Under the pieces are notes generated by a model, which saw nothing but the letters and a program-made list of their open reading frames with translations, was not told where the DNA came from and made no database searches. A stretch of DNA of 64,000 nt from Phaeosaccion multiseriatum. Taxonomy: Eukaryota; Protista; Ochrophyta, other classes. How positions within the stretch are numbered: position 1 is the first letter of the stretch; each line of letters opens with the position of its first letter. The stretch is taken from contig OZ218961.1 of assembly GCA_965112735.1 (NCBI GenBank), forward strand, positions 2,976,001-3,040,000. The letters run 5' to 3'. Below are positions 48,258 through 62,304 of this stretch, piece after piece. Position numbers and translations under genes: made by a program.

Positions 48258-51003
48258 TCAGCACTCGAGCAGATGCGAGTACTCGTCGACGCGCAGTCGC
48301 TGTCGCTGCCTGCGCATATCCATGTAGTCTCCACTCTCCTCGTCCTCCTCGGCCTCGTTCCCACCCTCCTCGTCCTCTGTGTCGTCGCCAGAGCTGAACG
48401 GATCACCAACTCGTCCTACTTGGCCTTTCCCGCCTCCGTTCTTTAGTCTATTGCCGCCGCCAGCCTCCATTAGCTCCGTCCAGAAGCTTCTCCTCTCTCT
48501 CCCCCGCCTTGCCCCCGTCCTCCTCCCGCTCTCACCACCGCTGCCATGCCTGCCGTCGTTGTCGCTGCCGTTCTTTGTCCTCCACCGGCGTCGACGGAAA
48601 GTGCTTGTATGATACCAGTGAAACGCTCCAGAGACCTTTCTCCACGCAGACGCAAGCTTTTCAGTCCAGAGGCGGCCAACGGTAGTAGGAGTAGCAGCAG
48701 CAGCACTACCACCACCGCCACCACCACCAACAGAAGGGGCAGAGATGGGGGAGCAAGAAGAAGCAGGAGAGGCAGAAGACCACAAAGAGGAGGAGGACGA
48801 CGAGAAGCCCCCTCTCCCTCCCCCTCCCCCTCCGCTTCCCGCCAAGAAGGTGTGAGGTGGGACGTAGAGCTTCAGACACAGGCTCGACACCACCACCATG
48901 GTCGACGAGCACGCCATAAACAGGCTCGCCAGGGCCGGAGTGAGTCCTATATGGAGTAGGGGCTGCAACACACCAGCAGCCAGGGGGAGGGCGAAGACGT
49001 TGTAGCCCAGTGCCCACATAAAGTTGAGGCGGATGCGAGCAAAGACATGGCTGCTGAGGTGGAGGGCTGTCACTACTCCGGTGAGGTGTGAGCTTACAAG
49101 CACCATGTCCGCCACTTCCACCGCCACCTGCAAGGTGTTTGGGGGGGTGGGTGGGGGAGTGTAGGTCAACGAATGAAAGTCGAGCCCTATGGAGTGCTCT
49201 TGCCCTTCTTCCTTTGGAATAGACTACGTACGATGGAAGGAGGGAAGGAGGGAAGGAAGGAAGGAAGGAGGGAAGGAGGGAAGGAGGGAAGGAAGGGGGG
49301 GAGGAAGGAAGGGGGGGAGGAAGGAGGGAAGGGAGGAAGGAGGGAAGGAAGGAAGAAGGGGGGGAGGAAGGAGGGAGGAAGGAAGGAAGGAAGGAAGGAA
49401 GGAAGGAAGGAAGGAAGGAAGGAAGGAAGGAAGGAAGGAAGGAAGGAAGGGAAGCAGTCAATTGTTAGCTCGCTCTCTCCAGGCCCCTTACCTGTGTGCC
49501 CGCTCCGATTGCGATGCCCACATCTGCCGCGGCCAAGGCAGGCGCGTCGTTGATGCCTGTCCGTGTCAAGTGATTTGAAGTGATGTTAAGTAATGCCAAG
49601 CGTCTTCAAAGAATGTCCCTCCCTCCTTCCCTCCCTCCCTCCCTCCCTCCCTCCCTCCCTCCCTCCCTCCCTCCCTCCCTCCCTCCCTCCCTCCCTCCCT
49701 CCCTCCCTCCCTCCCTCCCTCCCTCCCTCCCTCCCTCCCTCCCTCCCTCCCTCCCTCCCTCCCTCCCTCCCTCCCTCCCTCCCTCCCTCCCTCCCTCCCT
49801 CCCTCCCTCCCTCCCTCCCTCCCTCCCTCCCTCCCTCCCTCCCTCCCTCCCACCCACTCACCATCACCCACCAACGCCACGACCCTTCCTCTCCTCTGCA
49901 GCTCCTCCACCTTCCTCGCCTTCTGCCCAGGAAGCACTTGCGCCATCACTCTCTCCGCGGGAATGCCACACACCCCTGCCACATACTGCGCAGCACTGGC
50001 ATTGTCGCCCGTCACCATCCACACCTCTACACCCATGAGGTGTAAGGCTGAAACGGTGTCCGCAGCCTCGTCTCGGGGCTGATCCGCCACTGCCAGCAGC
50101 CCCACTACCTCTCCCTCCACGGCCACAACCACGACCGTCTTGCCTTGTAATTCTAGCGTCGCCAACTGAGGTTCCAGGTGATGGGGAAACTTAACGCCTT
50201 CCTCACGGAGAAGAGAGCGATTCCCCACCAGTACCTAAAAGTCGAAGAAGTAAGAGGAAGTCGAAGTCGAAAATAGGATTCGATCGATCATCAGTCGGTG
50301 CCGGTCACAGTTGCCAGGAAGGAGGGAAGATCAAGGGCAGAATGTTTTGATGCCGGTAGTGTAGGCGCGTGTGCGGAGGCGAGGAGGAGACGGAGAGCGT
50401 CGGAGAGAGACGGAGGGGTTTGCAGCTCCCTCCCTTCCTTCCTCTCTCTCCCTCCCTCTCTTCCTCCCTTCCGTCCTTCCTTTCTTTCATTCTTCCTTCC
50501 TTCCTTCCTTCCTTCCTTCCTTCCTTTTCCCCTCCCCCCCTCTCTGTCCCGCCCCCTCTCACCCACTTCTCGCCCACCCATCCACCCACCCAATGTGACC
50601 AACCCAACCATGAAACCACAATCACTGCTCCGCTCACCCACCCACCCACTCACTGGCCCACCCAACCACGGAATCACCGAACCACCAACCCACGGAATCA
50701 CTGACCTGATGGTTCTGCACTGTACACAGGACGCCCCTGCCCGGCCGCACCTCAAAAGAGTGCGCAAAGGCGATGGGCAGGCCTCGAATGTGCGCCGCTT
50801 CCACCACCGCTCGACCTACGGGGTGCTCACTGAGAAGGGGGAAGAATGCAGTTTGAGTTTCAGTGTCAGTGTCAGGTTCAGTTTTACCATGTGGTTAAAT
50901 TGGCTCGAGCTTTGCTTTGGACGATTGTCGCGTGTCAAAAAGAAGATCAATCGGGCAAAGGAATATAGTCAATCTAGTGTCATTCGTTCCATAGCAGCAG
51001 CAG

Positions 51004-51034
<31 letters not shown>

Positions 51035-54000
51035 ACACACACATACACACACACATGCTCAGGTTGACTGTTTGAGGTTCATTCTAGTGCCATCCCCCAC
51101 CCACCTGCCCGATTCAGCGGCAGCGGCCATGGACAAGACGGTGTCCTTGTTGAAGCGCAGCGACATGGCCACCTGTGCACGCACGCACGCACACATACAC
51201 GCACGCACACACACACATACACGCACGTACACATACACACACACGCACACGTAGAGAGAGACACACGCACGCGCACACATGGAGAGAGACAGAGACAGAG
51301 ACGCGCATGGGACAGCGAACGGCACGCAGCAACGCAGCGGTCAATGGCGGGGTCAATGGTCGGCTGATGAGTGAGTGAGTGGGAGAGCGAGTGAGCGAGT
51401 GAGTGAGTGAGTGAGTGGGCGAGTGAGTGAGTGAGTGAGTGAGTGAGTGAGTGAGTGAATGAGTGAGTGAGTGGGAGAGCGAGTGAGCGAGGGAGTGAGT
51501 GAGTGAGTGTGTGTGTGTGTGAGTGAGTGAGTGAGTGAGTGAGTGAGTGAGTGAGTGAGTGAGTGAGTGAGTGAGTGAGTGAGTGAGTGAGTGAGTGAGT
51601 GAGTGAGTGAGTGAGTGAGTGAGTGAGTGAGCAAGTGAGCGAGGGAGTGGGTGAGTGAGTGAGTAAGTGCAGCCCTCGCTCACCACCCATTCTCAACTCA
51701 TCTCACTCGTACTCAACTTACTGAACCTAACCCAACCCACCCCAACCCAACCACCTCAACCCGACTCAACCTAAGTCAACAAACTTACCCGATCTGTGAG
51801 CACTGGCTTGCCCGTGGTCAACGTGCCCGTCTTGTCGAATACCACGACATCAACCTTCTGTGCCGTTTCAAAAGCAGACCCTCCTTTAATGAGAACTCCA
51901 TTGGCGGCTCCGACCCCCGTTCCCACCATCACGGCGGTCGGGGTGGCAAGACCGAGAGCACATGGACAAGCAACTACAGTAACCGCGATGGAGGCGAGGA
52001 GGGAGAAGAGGAAGGGGTCCTCGGACTCGGCAGGGAGCTGCTCTCGAAGGGAGGAGTAGGAGTAGAGCAGCAAGTTCCAGAGGAGGAAGGTGAAGGCCGC
52101 CAGCACTATCACACATGGGGCGAAGACGGAGGCAACTCTGTGTTTTTGGCGGTTGTTTTAGGCGTCAGTTACGTCAGTTACGTCAGTTTCGTCGGGTAGG
52201 TAGAGAGGGCATGAGGGGGGGGAAGGGGGTAACGGAAGGGATGAGAAGGAAGACGGCAAGGGGGGGAGGGGGACGAGAGGGTGGCATTCATACATACATA
52301 CATACATACATACATACATACATACGTACATACATACATACATACATACGTAACATACATATATACATGCACACACACATACATACATACATACATACAT
52401 ACGTACATACATAACATACATAGATACATGTACAAAAGCGCAAACATACACACGCACACACCTGTCGGCAAAGCTCTGTATAGGGGCTTTGTTCGTTTGC
52501 GCTTCTTGCACCAGCTGCACAATCTGATTCAAAGCGGTGTCGTCGCCAACCTTGGTGGCTCGCACATAAAGGCAGCCCAGTTGGTTCATGGAGCTGCCAA
52601 ACACCTCATCTCCTGCCGCCTTGGGGAGCGGGTTCGATTCCCCAGTGAGCATGCTTTCATCCACAAAGCCCTGACCATGCACCACGTGGCCGTCTGTGGG
52701 AACTCGAGAGCCGGGAAGGACCTTGAGAGTGTCTCCGGGTTTGATGAGGCTGGCGGCAATTACTCGAACCTTCGTGCGGGGGAGTGAGTGGAAGGGAGGG
52801 CGGGGGTGAGGGAGTGAGGGAGGGACGGATGGGTAGGTGAGAGAGGAAGGGGAAGAGGGAGGGAGGGAGGGAGGGAGAAAGGGAGGGAGAAAGGGGGCGT
52901 GAGGGGAGGGAGGGAGGGAGGGAGAAAGGGAGGGAGGGAGGGAGGGAGGGAGGGAGGGAGGGAGGGAGGGAGGGAGGGAGGGAGGGAGGGAGGGAGGGAG
53001 GGAGGGAGGGAGGGAGGGAGGGAGGGAGGGAGGGAGGGAGGGAGGGAGGGAGGGAGGGAGGGAGGGAGGGGGGGGGGGAAGGGGGGAGGGAGGAAGAGAG
53101 AAAGGGAGGGACGGAGGGACGGAGGGAGGGAGGGAGAGAGAGAGAGGGAGGGAGGGAGGGAGGGAGGGAGGGAGGGGGGGGGGGAAGGGGGGAGGGAGGA
53201 AGAGAGAAAGGGAGGGGGGAAGGAGGGCGAGATGGAGCGAAGGAGGGATGGATGGATGGAGGGAGGGAGGGAGGGAGGGAAACGGAGGACGATAACAGGG
53301 TTTCGTGCGAAGACAAGGGGGGGGTGGAGGACCATGAGTGGAAGATTTCGCTTTCTGAAGTGCTGCCGGAACACACAGAGATGCTTCTGGACGCCTCTCC
53401 ACAGCAGAGCACAGTAGGGCAGTTGGTGATACAGGACAGAGCAGAGGACTCACCCTCGAGTGCTCCAACATGGAGACAAGAGGGGGGGGTCGTCGGTGTT
53501 GCTGTTGCTGTTGCTGATGCTGATGCTCCTTCTTCGCCGCTTCCTCCCTCTTACGACTCCTGGGGGTAGGTGATGACGATGAAGACGAAGATGAAGCCTC
53601 CCCCCGGCCTTGCCGCGGCGAGAAGGAGGTTGAGGAGTAGGAGTAGGAGGAGGAGGAGGTGGTGGTGGTGGTGGGGTTGGTGGTGGTGGTGGTGGAGGAG
53701 GAGGAGGAGGAGGAGGAGGAGGAGGAGGAGGAGGAGGAGGAGGAGGAGGAGGAGGAGGAGGAGGAGGAGGAGGAGGAGGAGGAGGAGGAGGAGGAGGTGA
53801 AAGGCTCCACCAGAGGCTCAACGAGAAGTGCCTCCTGGGGCTGCATCTTCAAAAGGGCCTTGAGGCTTGAAGTTGTCTGTCCTTTGGCGAGGGCCTCCAT
53901 AAATTTGCCCATGGTCACAAAGGTCAGGAGCATGACGGCGGTCTCGAAGGTGCAGGGGTGTGCGGTGGAAGGGTTCAAGAAGGCTTTGACGAAGAGAACG

Positions 54001-55478
54001 CACACGCTGTAGAGCGGAAGATGGGTGTGATTAGGGGAGGAGGTACGAGGCAAACAGCACACAAGAGCATGGACGGGGAGGGGGAGAAGGGGGCGGAAGA
54101 GGCGGGTGATGAGGAGGACGACGACGAGGAGGAGGAGGAGGAGGAGGAGGATCAGGAGGCGGAGGAGGAGGAGGAGGAGGAGGAGGAGGAGGAGGAGGAG
54201 GAGGAGGAGGAGGAGGCGGAGGAGGAGGAGGAGGAGGAGGAGGAGGAGGAGGAGGAGGAGGAGGAGGAGGAGGAGGAGGAGGAGGAGGAGGAGGAGGAGG
54301 AGGAGGAGGAGGAGGAGGAGGAGGAGGAGGAGGAGGAGGAGGAGGAGGAGGAGGAGGAGGAGGAGGAGGAGGAGGAGGAGGAGGAGGAGGAGGAGGAGGA
54401 GGAGGAGGAGGAGGAGGAAGTACCTGTAGGCATAAGCGCAAGTGGTGCCCATGACCACAAGGAAGTCCATCCCCATACTTCCGTGGACGAGCCCGAGCCA
54501 AGCCGCCCGGTAGAAGCCTCGGCCTACATAGAACTTGGGTAGGATAGGTACAGGGGGAGGGAGGGAGGGAGTGAGTGGGTGAGGGAGTGAGGGAGTGAGT
54601 AAATGAATGAGGGAGGGACGGAGGGAAGCAGGGAGAGAGGGAGGGAGGGAGGGAGGGAGGGAGGGAGGGAGGGAGGGAGGGAGGGAGGGAGGGAGGGAGG
54701 GAGGGAGGGAGGGAGGGAGGGAGGGAGGGAGGGAGGGAGGGAGGGAGGGAGGGAGGAAGGAGAGAGGGGAGGGAAGGAAGGAGGGAGGGAAGGAGGGAGG
54801 AAGAGATGGAGGGGGGGAGAGGGAAGGAGGGGAGAGGAAAGGAGGGGAGGGAAGGATGGAGGGAAGGAGGGAAGAAGGGAGGGAGGGGGGGAGAGGGAAG
54901 GAGGGGAGCGATCGGGAGAGAGCGAACGGGGAGGGGGCGTGAGGCAACAATCTCCCCTTTACACATGTTTGCAAGGGTCCACGCATTTACACATGTTTGT
55001 AAGGGTCCACGCCGAAGGAGAGTACTCCTCTTTGCTGGCATGCTCTCTTGTTTCTGGCTTGCGTCCTCGGCCACATAAACTCCTTAAACCAATCCCCACC
55101 CGGAAACCAACGCTCAATCTCTTTAAACCTTAACCCTTGGAAAGAGAATGACTTTTCTCAGGGGTTTTGTGTGCGACGTGTGATGTTATTCTCTCCCTTC
55201 CACCCACCCTCCTCACCTGCACCGGTGTGGCGAGCAGAAACATGAGCGTTTCACAGAGAGTGAGCCCTCCGACCAAACAGTGCATGGCCCAGTCGAGGTG
55301 GGTCCGAAACAAGTGAAGAGCCATAAGGGGCGCGGCGAAGAGGAGGCTCACGGCGAACAGGTGCTTCCACCTCCGTACTTCTGCCGCTGATATCTCCTCC
55401 AGTGGGCCCTGTTGCCATCCGTTCACGCCGCAAGGAAGAGAAGAGAAGAGAAGGCGAGGGGTGGTGGTGTGTGGGTGT

Positions 55479-55509
<31 letters not shown>

Positions 55510-56244
55510 GTGGCGTCGCACACTACCGTAAGAGAGCTGCGAGTAAAGGATAGCTCCTCCACTGCCATCCAATACCCTCCACTGCCATCCACTGCCATGC
55601 GCTGCCCTCCACTGCCATCCACCGCCCTCCACTGCCGTCCACTGCCATCCCCTGCCCTCCACGCCCATCCACTGCCATCCACTACTGCCCCCTCTTACTC
55701 GACCACCGACGGGACGCGTACATCTTACATGGTTTCCGGGGCCGCTCGCCCTGCCCACAGAGGCCTTGTAGCCCATTCCTCTCAAGGCGTCGACAAGATC
55801 TCGCACTCCGACGGCGGCCACCGCCTTGGTGTCGAGTTTCACGTCCACTCGGCAGCACGCTACTGAGGCGGATACGTGGCAGACACCGGGGAGGGAAGAG
55901 AGGTGCTTCTCCACTTTGGAGGTGCAAGAGGAGCAGGTCATGCCTCCAACATCCAATCTGGTGTTGGGGGATGGCAGTGGATGGGGATGGGGGAGGGAGG
56001 GGGGGGGGGGGGGGGTGGGGTGAGGGGCGGTGAGAGATAGAGAGGGTATAGAGAGAGAGAAACAAGAGATCGAGAGAGAGAAAGAGAGAGAGGAAGAGGG
56101 AGAGAGAGGGAAAGCGAGAAAGAGGGAGCGGGAGGAGAGAGAGGGAGGAAGAGAGAGCGAAAGGAAGAGCGAGAGAGAGGGAGGGCGAGAGAGAGAGGGA
56201 GGGAGAGAGAGAGGGCGAGAGAGAGGGAGGGCGAGAGAGAGAGG

Positions 56245-56299
<55 letters not shown>

Positions 56300-56594
56300 T
56301 CATACCTGACGTCCTGCACGCCGCTCTGAGCCCCCCGCTCCACAGTACGCAGGTGCTTGGCAGGGTAGCCCAGGCCCTGCAAAGTGTCTGCGATGGTCTC
56401 TACCGACACCACGGAACCATCGAACTCGACAGTGGCCCTCTCGGCCAGCAAGGCGACTTTGATGCTGGCCACGCCTCTCACCTGACCGAGATTCACTTCG
56501 ACGTTACGGACACATGCTGCACAGGACATGCCTGTATAGGGTAGGAAGAGGGGGGGGGGGAGGAGGGGGAGGAGGAGGAGGAGGAGGAGGAAGA

Positions 56595-56625
<31 letters not shown>

Positions 56626-58290
56626 GAGGAGGAGGAGGAGGAGGAGGAGGAGGAGGAGGAGGAGGAGGAGGAGGAGGAGGAGGAGGAGGAGGAGGAGGAG
56701 GAGGAGGAGGAGGAGGAGGAGCAGGAGGAGCAGGAGGAAGAGGAGGAGGAGGAGGAGGAGGAGGAGGGAGAGGAGGAGGAGGAGGAGGAGACAGGAGGGT
56801 GGGAGGGGGAGAAGGAAAGAGGAAGGGAAAGAAGGACACGCCAAGGATGAGCACACCAAAGCCTCTCCATGATGATGAGTCCCTTCCAAATCCGCACAAC
56901 CCCCCCCCCCCCCCCCGGTTTCAAGAGCCCCACCTTTCGGCCCCGACAGGCAGCAGACAGATAGGCTGTACGAGGGGCCTGCACTAACCTGTGACGGCGT
57001 ATGTGGCCACGAGCAGCGGTGCTTTTGCCGCTCTTTCCAAGGGCCCTTGGGTGGAGGCTGCTTCTCCTTGTGGTCTGCACGGTAGCTCCTGCCATCGCCT
57101 CTGCCGTGGCTCTTCCCCCCTTCCCTGCCCTTGCTGCTGCGCCAATGTGCTGCTGTTCCCCTTGTCCACGTCCTTCTCTGCGAAGGAGTTGTTGCCCGAC
57201 CCCTGGCGAGTGCTCCTACCCCTCCCTCCTCGTTCTGCTTGTCCATCACCACCAGCCCCACCACCACCACCACCACCACCTTCCTGACCTTCGTAGAGAG
57301 GAGGCGGGTGGGGTGGACGCTGAGCGGGTGGATTTGTAACCGTAACCTTGACGGAAGGGGTGCAGGGGGGGGGGCGAGGAGGGACGACGGCCATCGGAGC
57401 TCTTCTCGACGACTCTTCTGGTGGGGGTGTTGGTGCTACGGAGGCGTCGAATCCCACCGCCTCGACCGCCTCTAGGAGCGAGGAGACGGAAGGGGTGCCC
57501 CACACCTGCAGGAGGCGTAAGAAGCGGAAGGACAAGGTGCAAGGGGGCGGGTGGGAGAGAGGGGGGGGGGGGGTGAGGAAAGCAAGCTTGAATTCATTTG
57601 TAGCTTCACAAACAAGGTCTTCTGCTGCGTTACGTATCGTTGCTTGTGACCATGTTTCCCTACACCTCACCCTCAACTCCAGACGACGACAAGACCAAGA
57701 AGAGCATACATAAGCATACATAATCGTGCTGGCTTGACCAGGCTTTTCGCAGTTACTCGTACGCGGCATTGGGCTCTTGTTTGGTGCTGCTCCTCACTCC
57801 TCACGCCCAACGAACTCACCCGTGCGCTGCTCTGCTCGAAGGACGTCTCCGCGCTGTGCACGCCATCCACGGCCCGCAGCGCCTCAGACACCGTCGCTGC
57901 GCAGCTGTTCTGACACATCATTCCGCGCACATAGAGACAAGTCTCCCTGCTGACGTCATCTCCTTCTCCTCCCGCTCTTGCTGCTCCTGCTGCTGCGACG
58001 GGCTGGCTCGCCTCCTCGTTCATCACATTGGCCTCGAAGCCCACAGCTTCCACTGCGACGATCATCCTCGCCGCGTCCGAGGCCTTGCTGCCGCTGCTGC
58101 CACTACTACCCTTGCCCTCGCTGCGACTGGCGGGAGAGGCGATGTCCGTCACTATCCACGCCTTGCCTTCTGCAAAGGACACCTCTGCAGAGACAACGCC
58201 CGGCACGTCGAGGAGGGCCGCCCTCACCGTGGAGCCGCAGGAGTGCTGGCACATCATACCCTTCACCCGCAAAACGACCGTGCAATCCAT
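48258..58290 (-). CDS. Copper-transporting P1B-type ATPase (ATP7/RAN1/CCC2-like) with four N-terminal HMA domains; many microsatellite-filled introns
   Basis: HMA motifs GMMCQHSC, GMMCQNSC, GMSCAAC and GMTCSSC, then VDESMLTGES, ACPCALGLATPTA, FDKTGTLT, SEHPVG, GDG|INDAPAL, WALGYN and MACSS. Confidence 0.95.
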
Positions 58291-58784
58291 CTCAGATGGT
58301 CTGATCGGTCTTGAATTGGGCGGTTCTGGCCTGTGAGTGAAAGTGGAAGAAAGGGTTAAAACAGGCGACGACAAAAGTGAAGTGATGGAGGGTGGTGATT
58401 GAAATTCTTCCAGTCCCAGAGAGACCACGACTCCCAAGAAGGACTGCGCATACTCCATCCAGGTGAAAATATTCGAAAAGCTTGTAGGAGAGCAAAGCTA
58501 CGCAGCAGCAGTTCAGCTCTGCCTGTAACGGATTCAGCCTCTTTTTTTCAGCCCAGCTTACCTCGACAAGGCAGGCTTTCACACGTTGGTATGACTCCAA
58601 GAAGAGCGGCAGATGCTTTCAACGCGAAATGCGAAACATGCCTTCCTTATTTCATGGAAGAAGGCCCCTTCCTTTTTTGGGCTATTTGATACTTGGATGA
58701 TTCGACGATTTCGTTCTTCACACAGATGGCACTGGATGGCAGAGTTTTCTCCCTCCTCCTGATTCCTCCTCATTGTGGTGGCAA

Positions 58785-59974
58785 ATGGGCAACTCTTCCT
58801 CCACGGTAGGTACTTGCTGCTGTGCGTCCCGCCTTCCGAAGCTGTTATCAAGTTGCTGTTATCCCTTTCCATTGGCAATTGATTGCTCCCCGGAATGAAA
58901 AGTACCCTCTCACCCCTCCCATCTCGTGATCTTGTCTCACTCGTGTAGGCTGCGGCCAGCCGGCCTTTCCGATTCGGCGGAGAGGATGCAGACAGCAGCG
59001 GCAAGGTCATTGGTGCTTACGCCGACAGGAGCCAGGAAAACCAGGGAGCGTTGATTGTCACGGAAAGGGCGATCGAGGTGAGTTGATCACTCTCTTGGCT
59101 TGAGGGAACTGCTGAGGAGGCAAGGTGTGGGGCACTGACTGTCCCAAACTGGCCATGCACTGAAGATGCGTTCCCTCTGGACCCCTTCCCGCAGAACTTT
59201 AATCCACTCAACGGAGATCGTCGCCAGAGGAAGGACATTAGCTCGGATGGCGACTCGGTGACGTGCTCGCACTTCTACCAGCACAGCTCCCTGGGAAGCG
59301 TCCTGGCAGTGGGCACCAAGAGGGCCAAGGCATACGTCATTGATGCCACCACGTTTGAGTACAGAAAGGTGGGCCCCAGAGTCCTTTGCTCTTCTCTTTT
59401 TCCTCTGAGTTTCTTCCGTGCTTTGAGCTTCTGTGGCTGGCTCTGGCTTCCTTCCCGCTGACGCAGCCTCTCATCTTGTCTCTCTCTCTTTCTCTCTCAC
59501 TCTCTGTCTCCCTCTCTGTCTCTGTCATTTTTGTCTTTGTGTCTCCCTCGCGTTCTCTCGTTCTCTCCCACTCCCTCTTCACAACGCCTCACGCCCATCT
59601 CTCGCTTTCTCTCTCTCGCTCTTGCTCTCTCTCTCTCTCTATCTTCCTCTCCCTGGCGTTCTCTCTCCCTCACCCTCGCTCTCTACCCTCTCGCCCTCCT
59701 TTCCCCCACCTGTTAACCTCACGCACACGTCCAGACGATCCATCTCAGCGAAGATCGCTTTCGTGGCGCAACAGATGAAGGAGGAGTGGAGCTTCAGAGT
59801 AGTGCCGCGGCAGCTTCTGTTGGGACGACGACAGCCAGTGTGACTACCGTATTTATAACTCCTGACAACTTGCTTCTGGTCGGCTCCGCGGACGGAATGA
59901 CGAGGGTGTATTCATTGGCGGGGGGGGAGGCCACGGCTGTCATACCACCAACTCCTGCACACGCATCTTCATCG

Positions 59975-60017
<43 letters not shown>

Positions 60018-61291
60018 TATCATCATCACCAGGAGCAGCAGCAGCAGCAGCAGTAGTAGCAGCAGTGGAGAGTCTAGGGGATGCTGTAGTGAGTGCCTTC
60101 ACATGCCGTCTGCCGCAAGAGGAGGAGGAGGAGGAGGGGGAGGAAGAAGATGTGAGCGGCACTCCGCCCACAGCGTGGAGTAACGAGGAGCAGTTTGTCG
60201 CCATAGGGTACGCTTCCGGCATCATCAACGTGCACAGCTTGGATGGTCGCCGAATGGTTCGGAGCTTTCCGAGCGCGTCGTCTGAGAATCGGTTGCTCGC
60301 GGTGCTATCAGCACCCTCGGTGGCATCCCTCCTGTGCTTGTTCGAAGGAGTGAACACGGTATACGTCATGCCCCTGTCGAGGCGACTCAAGCCAAGCCAG
60401 CGAGAGGCGGGCATGACTGAAGTCGTGCCGGAGATGCTTGATTTGGAGGAGGAGCTGGAGGCGCTGGGGAGAGCAGGCGCTGACGAGGGCGGCGACTGCA
60501 CCCCTACGTGTGCGTGCTTCGATGACACCACGGCCTTACTCATCACCGGAGCCACAGACGCCACGTTCTTTGTCCGCCGCCTCTTGCTCGACAAGGTCCG
60601 TGTTGTTGCTGTCGAGTGTTGCATATAAGAGGATACGTGTGCGTGTGTGCGTGTGTGCGTGTGTGCGTGTACATGTGGTGCTGTAGTCTTGGGGTGATCC
60701 TCAAGGCCAATAGTCTGCTCTTCCCCTCCCTCCCTTCCTCCCCTCTTTTTTTTCCTCGAGCAACGAGTCTACCTACCCCTTCTGATTCTTCTTCTCCCAA
60801 AATCATGCCGCTGTCTGGACATCTTCTGGCGCCGCTCCCTCCCTCCTCCTCCTCCTCCTTCTCCTCCTCCACCTCCTCCTCCACCACCTCCACCTCCCTC
60901 CTCCTCCTCCTCCTCCTCCTCCTCCTCCTCCTCCTCCTCCTCCTCCTCCTCCTCCTCCTCCTCCTCCTCCTCCTCCTCCTCCTCCACCACCACCTCCACC
61001 TCCCTCCTCCTCCTCCTCCTCCTCCTCCTCCTCCTCCTCCTCCTCCTCCTCCAGGAATCGGGGGCGTTCACCACGACATTGCTTCGCTATGGCCGAGCCA
61101 AGGCGATTGACTCCGCCCCACCCGCTCCTCTTACGAGTGTCTGGTTCGATCGAAGCAAGGGCCGGCTCGTGACCGGCGATGGCGAAGGCGTGATGAGGCT
61201 TGTGGAAGGGCTGAAGAAGAGGACCAGTAACAGCAGTAGCAGCAGCAGCAGCACCACCACCACCACCACCACCACCACCACCAGAGGCTAG
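58785..61291 (+). CDS. WD40/beta-propeller-like protein with a predicted N-myristoylation start (MGNSSST). Exons approx. 58785-58805, 58949-59077, 59195-59368, 59735-60595, 61055-61291
   Basis: Frame-consistent GT-AG splicing gives blade-like segments LAVGTKRAKAYVID, LLVGSADGMTRVYSL, VAIGYASGIINVHSL, LITGATDATFFV and LVTGDGEGVMRL. Confidence 0.7.
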
Positions 61292-61553
61292 CAGCAGCAG
61301 CGACTAGAGGGAGCAGCAGCACCAAAGTTGGAGAAGACGCGGTCATTCCCCGTCTTTCTGCTGCAGGAGAGAGGGAAACTGACCCTTACCCTACTGCAAC
61401 ACGGCTTGAAGCGTTCTTCGCGAAGGAAGGCACTCCGCGCTGGCGACACGACCACCCCTCATCATGCTCGACCTTGGGGTGACCTGAGACCCAAGAGAGA
61501 AGCGCCACTTCTCTCGGAGGCTTCAGCGCATGCCCGTCGCCCGTCAGCCAGTC

Positions 61554-61586
<33 letters not shown>

Positions 61587-62304
61587 GTCAGTGAGCACTC
61601 TCCTCCTGTTGAGGCACTGCGCACCTACCTGGGGCTTCTGGGCTTTGCTTCGTGGTGGCAGAGCTTTTGATGGAAGACAAGATTCTGTCGTCTCTTGTCT
61701 TGTGCCTTTCTCGATGTTCCGTGGGGATGCGAGGCGGAGCAGAAGGGGGTCATGGGTGACAGACGGTGACAGATGGCGTATGGCATCTATAGACATACAG
61801 CTTGGCATACGGCATCCGATGGCATCCCACGGCAGCCTTTTGCGGAGTGCGTCAGACGGGAAGGGCAGAGAAAGTGCTGAGGGTCGATGAGGGGAAGGGG
61901 TGGCGCAATTGGGTGAAACGTCCGAAACGCCGTCTTCCTCCCCACGAGAGTTTGCCGGGGTTCCGACACGAGGTTTCAACGAGTGATGAAGTGATGAAAC
62001 ACACAGGATCACACAGGGTAGAGGAGAGGAGAGGAGACGAGGAGAGGAAGGGCGAGAGCTTGAAGGCTCTGCTGTCCTGCGGCTCGTGGGAGGCGTCCGG
62101 GGTGTAGGAGAGGAGAGAGTTTGAGAGTGAGGGGGACAGAGGCAGACAGAGGTAGACAGAGGTTGAGAAAACGAGAGAGGGGGGGAGGTGGAGGAGAGTT
62201 GAAATTAATCTTCGTTTTGCATCAGCTGTCGCCGCACCGGTGTGTTTGTCGATATCACACCCCTAGCACCCCCCTTCTTTTTTTCTGCTTAAGACAGGGC
62301 CACC

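Noticed and set aside
61870-61945. Hammerhead ribozyme suggested by ccgaaacgccgtc (Penelope-like)
   Set aside because: There is no CUGANGA core with appropriate stems upstream.
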